A DNA stretch of 48,869 nucleotides from Victivallaceae bacterium (GTDB lineage Bacteria; Verrucomicrobiota; Lentisphaeria; Victivallales; Victivallaceae), in the NCBI GenBank assembly GCA_031547585.1, contig JAVBRV010000452.1, forward strand, positions 1 to 48,869, given 5' to 3'. Shown one piece after another: positions 39,578 through 47,969 of the stretch. Under the pieces are notes generated by a model. That model was not told the origin of the DNA. It ran no database searches and saw nothing but the letters and a program-made list of their open reading frames with translations. The position numbers and the translations under genes are program-made. Positions within the stretch are counted from its first letter, which is position 1. Each line of letters starts with the position of its first letter.

Positions 39578-41305
39578 ATGCACGATGACGGAGGCAGCAG
39601 CACCTTGACAATCAAAGCGACGATTTCTCGCTTTGCGATTCTATTGGGGGCTTCGCTGTTTGTCGGCATTGCCGGGGGGATGACGGTGCTGGAGGGACAC
39701 CAGGCGACGGCTTGCGCGGTCTTTGTCGGCATTATTTTCGGGACGCTTTTCTTCTGGGGATTCCGGCTGGCGATTGCGTTTCTCGGGCTGGCGGTGCTGA
39801 TTTTCACGGGCTCGCTCAATATTCCGCGCTTTGTGGCTTCGTCTTCGCTGGAGGTGATTCTTTTTCTGGTGGGGATGATGGTGATCGTGGGGGCGTTGCG
39901 GGACCTGGGTTTCTTCACCTGGATCGTCCAGCTGATCGTATCGATGAAGAACCTGACCGGACGGCGTTTCATCGCCGTCACGGCGGTGGCCTCGGCGCTG
40001 CTGGCGTGCGCGGTGGACGAGGTGACGTCGATCATCTTCGTGTCGACGCTGATTTTTCAGGTCTGCGACCGGTTGAAGCTGAGTCCGACGCCGTACATTC
40101 TGATGGCCGTGCTGTGCACCAATATCGGCAGCGCCGGGACCATGATGGGCAACCCGGTGGGCATCTACATCGGCAACAAGGGGATGCTCTCCTTCGGGGA
40201 CTTCATGCTCTGGAGCTTCCCGGTGATGGCGGTGGCGCTGCTGGCTTCGACGGCGCTGCTTTTATTTCTGTTCCGGCGGCAGCTGGCGGAATTCGATATC
40301 CGGCTCCGGGACCGGCTGGAACAGGGACTGTCGCTGGCTCCGGTGGTGAAGGTTCCCTACCGGGCGGGACTGGTGCTGATCTCCCTCACCATTCTCGCCA
40401 TCGCCTCACACCATCCTTTGGAGAGCGCGTTCGGGTTGATGAAGAACAGCGTCCTCCTGGTGACGCCGCTGGTGTGCGCGGGGGTGGTGATGATTCTGAA
40501 GCCGAACCGGGCGCGGCACTATATCGAGCACGAGGTGGATTGGTGGACGCTGTTGTTCTTCATGCTGCTGTTCGCGGTGGCGGGGACGCTGGAATACACC
40601 CATGTCGACCAACTGATGGCGGAGGGGTTTGCGGGGGTGTGCGGCACCGAGGTCGCCATACTGGTCCCCTTTATTTTTGTGGTTTCGGCGGTGGGCTCGG
40701 CGTTTGTGGACAACGTGATTTTCGTGGCGGCCTTCAGTCCGGTGATCGACCAGCTGTCGGTGAGCGTCAAGGATCTGCCGCTCTGGTGGGCGCTGCTGTT
40801 CGGGGCCTGTTTCGGCGGAAACATCACCATGATCGGCAGCACGGCGAACATCGTGGCGCTGGGAATGCTGGAAAAGCGTTCAAATGCGAACATTACCTTT
40901 CTCGGCTGGCTGAAGATCGGTCTTCTCGTCACGTTGCTCTCGGGCGGGATCGCGGTCGGCGGGCTTCTCCTCCTCTCCCCCCTGATGCCGGACCGGTATG
41001 CGGAGGTGACCTTCGACCATCTGGAGAGAGACGCCGGGCGGAAATTCGCCGGGAAAAACGTAATTCTGGAGGGCCGCCTGGAACCGGCCGCCCACCCCGC
41101 GCCGCCGGGAATGGTTCCCTGCCGTTTGCGTTCGCTGTCGAACGGCGAAGCGTGGATTCCCGCCGTCATACCGGCAGGGGAAGCCGCCCGCCTCGACGCC
41201 CCCGCGGGAATCCGGGCGACGGGCAAGCTCCACTCGACAAACGAGGGCGAATACCCCTGCCGCCTGGAGATCGAGAAACTCGAGCCGATCCCTAAACGGC
41301 GCTGA
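39578..41305 (+). CDS. ArsB/NhaD/SLC13-like (ion transporter superfamily) permease with C-terminal soluble extension
   Basis: Many TM helices; VDEVTS, TNIGSAGTMMGNP, VDWWTLLFF, VDNV, ACFGGNITMIGSTANIV. Alternative start TTG 39605 behind GGAGG. Confidence 0.85.
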   Translation: MHDDGGSSTLTIKATISRFAILLGASLFVGIAGGMTVLEGHQATACAVFVGIIFGTLFFWGFRLAIAFLGLAVLIFTGSLNIPRFVASSSLEVILFLVGMMVIVGALRDLGFFTWIVQLIVSMKNLTGRRFIAVTAVASALLACAVDEVTSIIFVSTLIFQVCDRLKLSPTPYILMAVLCTNIGSAGTMMGNPVGIYIGNKGMLSFGDFMLWSFPVMAVALLASTALLLFLFRRQLAEFDIRLRDRLEQGLSLAPVVKVPYRAGLVLISLTILAIASHHPLESAFGLMKNSVLLVTPLVCAGVVMILKPNRARHYIEHEVDWWTLLFFMLLFAVAGTLEYTHVDQLMAEGFAGVCGTEVAILVPFIFVVSAVGSAFVDNVIFVAAFSPVIDQLSVSVKDLPLWWALLFGACFGGNITMIGSTANIVALGMLEKRSNANITFLGWLKIGLLVTLLSGGIAVGGLLLLSPLMPDRYAEVTFDHLERDAGRKFAGKNVILEGRLEPAAHPAPPGMVPCRLRSLSNGEAWIPAVIPAGEAARLDAPAGIRATGKLHSTNEGEYPCRLEIEKLEPIPKRR

Positions 41306-41408
41306 CCTCTCGCCGACTGCCGGACTTGTCCGGCGGCTCCCACGGTTTTTGATCGTCGCGGCGGGTTTCTACCTTCTCAAAAAACGTTGCTCGCGAATTG
41401 CCGACGCG

Positions 41409-42042
41409 ATATACGTGTTACCGTTATGGGAGTTGGGCGGGGCCTCACTCCCCGCCCAAGCCCACCCCCGCCCGTGGGCAGAGACGCGCAACTAAAGGGC
41501 GACCCCGATTCCGGATCGTAACGATCGCTAGCGCGATCTCACTTTCGCTGCTTTGCAGCGCCCCTCAGACGGCTCTTCCCCAAAAAGTACCCCACCTTCG
41601 CCCACGGGGCTCGGTCTTTTGCTTTGCAAAAGCAAGGGGGCAGACTTTTCGGGGGCCCCGCTCTCCGGCACTCCGTGCGGCCTCCGGCCGTACTCATACC
41701 TGCGAGTGAGGTACTTTCCTTTTCGCGCTGCGTTACGTTCGGCTGCGTCGCATTTGCTCCTTGCCCGTTTGCTACCGCAAACGGGTGCCCTCACATTCAC
41801 TTCGCGGCGCCTACCGCGCTTGCTTCGCAACAGGCTGTAAGCGGCAACGTAGTGTGCCGCATTTTGGTTGGCCGAAAAACGCGGTGACTTTTCTTCTTCG
41901 CGGTCCCTAAGGTCTCTATTGTCCCTAACGTCTCTACGAGCCACGCGCCACAGCTCTCCCGCATCTCGCCACCCCACCAAAAACGCTGTTCGCGTTCCTC
42001 TGGGCGACCGTAATGTACCGCATTTTGGTTGGCCGAAAGCGT
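41409..42042 (-). repeat. Modular hairpin-rich non-coding element, copy B (inverted)
   Basis: Reverse complement begins AGGAACGCGAACAGCGTTTT (41999) as copy A does; carries a ~150-bp insert (~41575-41725) absent from copy A and an extra sub-repeat at ~42003-42042. Confidence 0.8.
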
Positions 42043-42070
42043 CGCCGGGCAAACCGCAGACAGAAGGTCT

Positions 42071-43537
42071 TCATGGTTTATCCCCCGGCAGTTGGAGCTT
42101 CTGCAAACGTTCGGATGCGGTCTCATAAGTCATGATATCCCGCGCCTTCTGATGCTTGTACCAGAATTCTGCTTTCCGGGCGTCCTTCGGCACACCGATG
42201 CCGCGCTCATAACAGAAGCCGATATAGGTGTAGGCCTTATACTTCAAGGCTTTCCGGAAAATGATGGTGTATTCCCGCCTCTGTATCATTTCCGGAAGCA
42301 AACTCGAAAACGTCAGATAACCACCCGTTGAATATTCTTCGCTGATGCGGGACCAATGAAACGCCAGCTCCGGATTTTTCTCCGTTCCTTTGCCTTCCCG
42401 GTAGCAGTCCGCAAGCCGCATGGCCGCCGGATACCAGCCGCCTTCGGCCGCGATTTTGAAGTAACGAAAAATCGTCTCTGGCGAAGCCGGCGGATCAAAT
42501 TCGTATACATCCGTATAAATCGCCAGATCATAGCGGGAAGCGAGATCTCCGGCTTGGGTGGCCAGGACGAGGTTATCCAGTATTTTCCGGGTACTCTCTT
42601 CAGTCGCCGGCGGACCGTTGAAGCCGCGTTTGTGCCCATAATAGTAGGCCAGGCGTTTGTACCCGATCACCTCCTTGGCGGCGGCCTGTTTTTCGGCGGT
42701 CTCCAGAAGGTCTTTCATATCCTTTGCCCCCCTCTGAATCCACAGCAACTCGACGATCGACTGCTCCCCCGCCAAGGTATAGAGGTGGAGCGCTTTATCC
42801 AAATCCTTCTTGACGCCGTCTTCTCCCTTGAAGTAACGCCAGCCCAACCTGGCACAGGCTTCGCGGAGGCCGAGGTCGGCGGCCTGTTGCAGGCATTTCA
42901 GGGATTTGGCCTCCGAATAACGGGGGTTCTCGATGGCGGTACCGGTAAAATACTGCGTATTGTAATACTCGGAAAGGCTCAACATCGCCTGCCGGTTTCC
43001 CTGCCGCGCCTCCTCTTCCAGCAGCTTTATGGCTTCGACGAACTTCTGTTCCGCTTCCAGCTCGTAGAACCGGACCGGCAGCGCCTCATCGCGCAGATAA
43101 TACTCTTTTACCGCCGCCAGCAGTCGCCGGTCTTTGAAAACCTCCGCCTGGACGAAAAAGACCGGAGCCGCCATTTCAGCGGACTTGGCGATAACCTGCT
43201 TCAGTTCCGGATTTTTACCTGGATACTTGAGCAAAGAGAGCCCGGTCAGCTGTTCCAGCGCCAGAAGGGCCGTTTGCCGCTCATCGGCAGGGCCGAAGCC
43301 GCAGACGTGATGCGGCGTCCGGACCCCCTCCTCCAGACGCCCGCCCAGAAACCGGGTCACATTATCCCGCCAATCGCTTTCCCGGAATTTCCGCCACAGC
43401 GGATTCTCTTCGGCAAAAGCCTCTTTGGCATGAAGACATTCCCCCTCTGCCGGACGGCAGAAAGCATTCCAGGCCTCTTCCACGGGCGAGGCCGATAAAG
43501 AAACGGCAGCGAACAGCAGAATCAGAATTCGCAGCAT
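42071..43537 (-). CDS. Secreted Sel1-like repeat protein
   Basis: Signal peptide; LGWRYFKGEDGVKKD, LADCYREGKGTEKN, IGFCYERGIGVPKD. Confidence 0.85.
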   Translation of the reverse strand: MLRILILLFAAVSLSASPVEEAWNAFCRPAEGECLHAKEAFAEENPLWRKFRESDWRDNVTRFLGGRLEEGVRTPHHVCGFGPADERQTALLALEQLTGLSLLKYPGKNPELKQVIAKSAEMAAPVFFVQAEVFKDRRLLAAVKEYYLRDEALPVRFYELEAEQKFVEAIKLLEEEARQGNRQAMLSLSEYYNTQYFTGTAIENPRYSEAKSLKCLQQAADLGLREACARLGWRYFKGEDGVKKDLDKALHLYTLAGEQSIVELLWIQRGAKDMKDLLETAEKQAAAKEVIGYKRLAYYYGHKRGFNGPPATEESTRKILDNLVLATQAGDLASRYDLAIYTDVYEFDPPASPETIFRYFKIAAEGGWYPAAMRLADCYREGKGTEKNPELAFHWSRISEEYSTGGYLTFSSLLPEMIQRREYTIIFRKALKYKAYTYIGFCYERGIGVPKDARKAEFWYKHQKARDIMTYETASERLQKLQLPGDKP

Positions 43538-43541
43538 CGTT

Positions 43542-44651
43542 TTACCCCTTGGTCGAGTGATCGGTGGGGACGTCCACGCCCTCCCAGACTTTCCGGTTGG
43601 TCCAAGGGAGTTCGGGGGCGGTCCAGAAGGCGTCCTCCGGCGGCAGGCCGAGGGGCAGGAAGGCCGCCGAGGCGAGGTACAAGCTGCCGGTCGAAATATA
43701 GCACTCGCCGATGGAGGGCTGATGGCCAGAGAGGCCGATTTGCAGGAAGCCGGCTTCGCCGTAGGTTCCGGGCACGCCCAGGGTGCGCTTGATCACCGCT
43801 TGCAGCGCCGGGCGGACCTGGCCGGGCGGAAGGGTCGCAGGGAGCGCTTTTGCCAGGGCAAGCTGCCCCAGCAGTTGGAAAGCGCCGCAGCGGTAGGCCA
43901 GCGAGCGGCCGGTCGCCGGGAAGGAGCCGTCGGCCATAATCATCCGCTCCTGGATTTCGGCGTAGCGTCGGGCGCGCTCCAGCAGAACGCCGTGCCGCTC
44001 CGGGCGGACCGCCGCCGCGATATCCAGCAGCATCGGCTGAATGACGTAGCTGTTGTAATAATCCTGCGCGAAAAACCGGCCGTCGCCGTACACGCCGTCG
44101 CCCTTGTACCACTCCTCATGCAGCGCGAAGGCGAAATCGATCCGCACCATCTCCCCCTCATCGGCGAACTTCGCCAGCGCCGCCTCCACCATGGCGCTGA
44201 ACAGCACCCAGTTGTTGGCCGAGGGGTAAATCGTCCGGGAACGGCACAAGAGGGTAAAGAGATTCGCCTGAACCTCCCCCGGCAGCTTCGCAAACAGTTC
44301 CCGGGGGGCACGAAGCAGCGCGTGCGACAGAAAGGCGCAATCGACCAGAAGCTGACGCGACAGCTCCTCGCCCTCCGGCGGCAATACATAATCCGGCGCC
44401 CCGGGGTCGGTGATCGCCGCAATCGTGGAACGGGCCAGGGCCGCATACTCGGTGTCATCCCCGGTCAGCTCCAGCCAGGGGGCCATGCCGGAGAGCAGCC
44501 GTCCGACCGCCTCCAGGTAGGTACTCCGGGAGCAATCGCCCTTCGCTTCGAGCGGCATGGTCTTCTTCAACTTTTGGCGGGAAGCGGCCCGCAGCACGGG
44601 GTCGGCCATCCGGCACAATTCATCGATCCAGAATTGACGGTTTTTGCTCAT
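43542..44651 (-). CDS. DUF2264-family protein (GH154-like glycoside hydrolase)
   Basis: YLEAVGRLLSGMAPWLE, NNWVLF, WYKGDGVYGDG, DYYNSYVIQP, GRSLAYR, YISTGSLYL. Confidence 0.85.
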   Translation of the reverse strand: MSKNRQFWIDELCRMADPVLRAASRQKLKKTMPLEAKGDCSRSTYLEAVGRLLSGMAPWLELTGDDTEYAALARSTIAAITDPGAPDYVLPPEGEELSRQLLVDCAFLSHALLRAPRELFAKLPGEVQANLFTLLCRSRTIYPSANNWVLFSAMVEAALAKFADEGEMVRIDFAFALHEEWYKGDGVYGDGRFFAQDYYNSYVIQPMLLDIAAAVRPERHGVLLERARRYAEIQERMIMADGSFPATGRSLAYRCGAFQLLGQLALAKALPATLPPGQVRPALQAVIKRTLGVPGTYGEAGFLQIGLSGHQPSIGECYISTGSLYLASAAFLPLGLPPEDAFWTAPELPWTNRKVWEGVDVPTDHSTKG

Positions 44652-44684
44652 TTTGCACCTTATGTAAATCGGCTCCTCTTATCC

Positions 44685-44846
44685 TATACTCGATCAGGGT
44701 GAAAACTTGAAATTATTTTTGAGTTGCTTTGACATGAATTTTTTTCTTTTCCCGCAGAGCGATACAGAGTATCGCGCGAGGACAAAAGAAAGAAATACAT
44801 TCAAAGCGGCCAAAAAGAATTCAAGTTTTTAACCTGATTGAGTATA
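44685..44846. repeat. ~162-nt imperfect palindrome with TATAC...GTATA ends (ERIC-like) and AGA loop
   Basis: TATACTCGATCAGG...GCGATAC-AGA-GTATCGC...CCTGATTGAGTATA. Confidence 0.8.
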
Positions 44847-44897
44847 AGCCGATTTCGGCAAAAGTCAAGAAGAAAACGATTTTTTTCATCGCCCTGA

Positions 44898-44926
44898 TTG
44901 ACTTTGCGGGGAGCCGCCGCTACATT
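44898..44926 (+). promoter_or_regulatory. sigma70 promoter; probably leaderless dedA transcript
   Basis: TTGACT-17-TACATT, ATG 6 nt downstream, no SD. Confidence 0.55.
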
Positions 44927-44932
44927 AGCAGA

Positions 44933-45538
44933 ATGGAATTCTTTACCAACATCGACTGGCCGGGACTGCTGCAGACCTACGGCTACTGGGCCATCCTCGT
45001 GGGAACCTTCCTGGAGGGCGAGACCATCGTCATCCTGGCGGGCATCTGCGTCATGGGGGGGCAGATGTCCTTTGAAGGCGTGGCGCTTTCGGCCTTCATC
45101 GGCTCTTCCTTAAGCGACCAATTGACCTTCAGCCTCGGGAAGTACAAGGGGAGCGCCGTGCTGCAGCGCTTCCCCAGCCTCGACCGCAAGCGGGAACGGG
45201 TCTCGGGGCTGCTCCGGAGGTACGACACCTACCTCATTCTCGGCTTCCGCTTCGTCTACGGCATCCGCAACGTCACGCCGATCATCCTCGGCATGAGCCA
45301 CATACCCCACCGCCGCTTCCTCCTCTGGAACCTGACCGGGGCGGGCATCTGGGCGGTCAGCTTCACCGCCGCCGGTTACTATTTCGGCCACGCGGTGATT
45401 CACATTCTCGAAAAATACGGCGTCTACACCCTCGTCGCCGTCCTGGCGGCGCTGCTGGTTGGCGGCGGACTCTTCTTTCTCTTCCGCCGCCGGAAGCTGA
45501 GGCAGCGGCAAGCCCTCCTCCCCAACACCTTGGAATGA
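44933..45538 (+). CDS. DedA-family membrane protein
   Basis: GTFLEGE, GSSLSDQ, RFVYGIR, FLLWNLTGAGIW. Confidence 0.92.
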   Translation: MEFFTNIDWPGLLQTYGYWAILVGTFLEGETIVILAGICVMGGQMSFEGVALSAFIGSSLSDQLTFSLGKYKGSAVLQRFPSLDRKRERVSGLLRRYDTYLILGFRFVYGIRNVTPIILGMSHIPHRRFLLWNLTGAGIWAVSFTAAGYYFGHAVIHILEKYGVYTLVAVLAALLVGGGLFFLFRRRKLRQRQALLPNTLE

Positions 45539-45587
45539 AGCTCTCCGACTCAAAAGGGGCAAATCTCAGGGATTTTGTCGACATCAC

Positions 45588-45774
45588 CGGGTAGGGCTGC
45601 CTGTCCCCAGGCAGCCGTTCTCGTTGTATGGTCTTCAGGGTGAAACCGCGTCCCTGACTTATTCCGGCGAAGAAAGAACCTACCACGTTTCGCCTTGAAT
45701 TCATACCCTGCAGTGCTTGCAACGAGAACGGCTGCCTGGGGACAGGCAGCCCTACCCGATATCGCTTCGCCAAA
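45588..45774. repeat. GTAG-type REP doublet (REPIN-like), copy 2
   Basis: 39-bp perfect inverted repeat 45588-45626 / 45720-45758; core GTAG-GGCTGCCTG-TCCC-CAGGCAGCC; lies between convergent genes. Confidence 0.85.
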
Positions 45775-45784
45775 TGAAATCAGC

Positions 45785-46423
45785 TCACCAGGGGTAATTA
45801 CTGATTCCGGCCTTGGCCTTTGCTTCGTCGACCCTCTCCACATGGCCGTCGAAGTAGGCGGCGTTTACCTTGCCGGAGTGACGATAAGCGATTCCATAAC
45901 GCTCAACCGACCAATTCTCCCGATTGACAAGATAGACCGCGAGGGAGTTGTGCCCGAGATTGAAAACCGTGGCGTCGGCAAGGGCAATTTGCCGGCTTTT
46001 ATTTTTGATGAGGCCGATTTTAAACGGCGTGTAGCCGGACCAGGCCTGATTGTAAATAACCAGCATGGCATAACCCAAGTCGGGAGCCGTCAGCGGCCCG
46101 GAACCAAAAGAGGCGGCGGCGGAATCGGGACAAACCACCTTTTTGCTCCATCTGTCCGTCACGTAGTCGCTGCCGGTGATTCTCCGGGCGTAATCCTCAT
46201 TGCTGCCCCACGTCGTCGGCGGCGTATAGCTGGGGAAATAATCCTGGTGGTCGCCGCTATAGGCGATATACGTCGTGCTGTACTGCTTCTGCAGGCTGGC
46301 GCAGGTGATCGCCCGCGCGGTTACCCTCGCCTTGTTCAAGGCCGGCAGCAGGATGGCGGCCAGAATCGCAATGATCGCTATCACGACCAGGAGTTCAATA
46401 AGAGTAAAAAAAGATTGTTTCAT
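45785..46423 (-). CDS. Prepilin-type/DUF1559-like protein #4
   Basis: [47 protein letters not shown] (H-X9-DG). Confidence 0.9.
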   Translation of the reverse strand: MKQSFFTLIELLVVIAIIAILAAILLPALNKARVTARAITCASLQKQYSTTYIAYSGDHQDYFPSYTPPTTWGSNEDYARRITGSDYVTDRWSKKVVCPDSAAASFGSGPLTAPDLGYAMLVIYNQAWSGYTPFKIGLIKNKSRQIALADATVFNLGHNSLAVYLVNRENWSVERYGIAYRHSGKVNAAYFDGHVERVDEAKAKAGISNYPW

Positions 46424-46442
46424 CGTTTCCTCCGATAACCAA

Positions 46443-47969
46443 TTATGGGCGATTCTGCTTCATCGCGTCCAGCAATACCCGGCGGCGCGGGGTATCGCCG
46501 ACTCTCGCTTGATTCGCTTTGTCGGAACCGATCTCCGCATCCCAGCCTTCCCATTCGCGATAGGCGTGATAGGTCCAATCCCAGCCGTATTTTTCGAAAA
46601 TCGCGATGCAGTCGGCGAGGTACTGCTCCGCGCCGGGGGCCCAGCGGACCGCCGAAAATTCGCCGACGAAGATCGGGACGTTGTACTTCTTCTGAAATTC
46701 GATCGCCGGGAGCATGATCTTCTCCAGCGCCGCCCGGTCGTGCATTTTCCCCTGGATCACGCCGGGGTAATCCAAGGCTTGCGTGCTGCCGCCGACGTTC
46801 TGGTGGGTGTAGACCTGCGGGTTGTAGAAGTGGAAGCTGTAGATCACGCCGGGGACGTCGATCGGCCGCAGATACTCGAAGCCGAGCACGTTGCCCGCGC
46901 CCGCCGACTCCACGATAATCGGCGTTTTGGGGTCGACTTCGCGGATCGCCCGGGCGATCTTCTCGGCCCAGCCGTTCCAATCGAGGCTGCCGGCGACGGA
47001 GGGCGCGTAATTCGTCTCGTAGGGTTCATTCAGGATGTCGTAGCCCCAGATGACCGGTTCGTCTTTGTAGGCCGCCGCCAGCTCGCGCCAGACATCGGCC
47101 AGCAGCTGCTGTGTCTCCGGCTTCCAGCCGAGCGGCCTCCCCCCCTCCCCGGGGTGGGCGTGCATATCGATCAACAACCGGATGCCGTACTTGCGGGCCA
47201 AGGGAATCGCCCGGTCGAGCCGCTCCCGGTTGCGCCGGACGATCTCGCGGAATCCCTCCGGCGTCGAGTTGTCGCCGCGAAACCCCAGGAACTGGAAGCG
47301 CATCAGGTTCGCGCCCCACACCTCGCCCAGCTCGCGGAACGCCGCCGGGGAGAGGTCGTCGCCCGACATCACGCCCCGAAAGCGGGTCGTTTTCTGAAGC
47401 GGCTGATTCCGGGTCGAAGCGAGCGCCGAAACCTTCGGCTCCGGCAGGCGGGTCAGCGTGACATCGTCGAACCAGACCGTACCCGGCGCGTTCTGGAGCC
47501 CGATATGGAGCGCCACCGCTTTCGCCGAGGCCGGAATCCGGCAGTATACCTCAAACCGGGTCCAGTCGTAGCTCCCCAGCTTTTTCGGCGACTGGTCGGC
47601 GTTGTCGGAGACATTTTCGCCGTAGTTGAATACGATCATCAGCTTGGAGCCGAGGTAGGAGACTTTGGGCTGACCGAGATTTTCCGCCTTCATCCACCCG
47701 GCCAGCACCACGGCGCGGCCGCGCACCAACGCGGGGTCGACGTGCCGCGTCAGCATCGCCGCCTGGTCCTGACCGGAAAAAGCGAACTTCACACAGCCGC
47801 TGCCGTTCCGGCCTTCGCCGGGTTGAAAATATTTTTCGCCATCCTGCCAGCGCGCGGCGTCGGCGGCGGTATCGAAGTTGTTGCTGACGAGCACTTCCGG
47901 CTCCGCCGCCGATACGACGAGACAGCCCAAAATTCCCGCCGCCATCCACATTTTTTTCCACCGGCTCAT
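46443..47969 (-). CDS. Secreted GH5-family glycoside hydrolase with N-terminal CBM-like domain
   Basis: WGANLMRF, IDMH, YDILNEP, YSFHFY, FVGEF, WTYHAY. Confidence 0.85.
   Translation of the reverse strand: MSRWKKMWMAAGILGCLVVSAAEPEVLVSNNFDTAADAARWQDGEKYFQPGEGRNGSGCVKFAFSGQDQAAMLTRHVDPALVRGRAVVLAGWMKAENLGQPKVSYLGSKLMIVFNYGENVSDNADQSPKKLGSYDWTRFEVYCRIPASAKAVALHIGLQNAPGTVWFDDVTLTRLPEPKVSALASTRNQPLQKTTRFRGVMSGDDLSPAAFRELGEVWGANLMRFQFLGFRGDNSTPEGFREIVRRNRERLDRAIPLARKYGIRLLIDMHAHPGEGGRPLGWKPETQQLLADVWRELAAAYKDEPVIWGYDILNEPYETNYAPSVAGSLDWNGWAEKIARAIREVDPKTPIIVESAGAGNVLGFEYLRPIDVPGVIYSFHFYNPQVYTHQNVGGSTQALDYPGVIQGKMHDRAALEKIMLPAIEFQKKYNVPIFVGEFSAVRWAPGAEQYLADCIAIFEKYGWDWTYHAYREWEGWDAEIGSDKANQARVGDTPRRRVLLDAMKQNRP

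Noticed and set aside
38882-42042. Possible CRISPR array or group II intron
   Set aside because: There is no regular repeat-spacer period and no cas genes. GAGCCGTCTG in copy B resembles the start of intron domain V, but I could not form the domain V stem, and no RT is present.
38971-42128. Short ORFs inside the repeated elements (e.g. 39006-39419, 41528-42052)
   Set aside because: Their shared peptides simply reflect the DNA repeat. Frames are not preserved between modules and there is no transposase or other motif.
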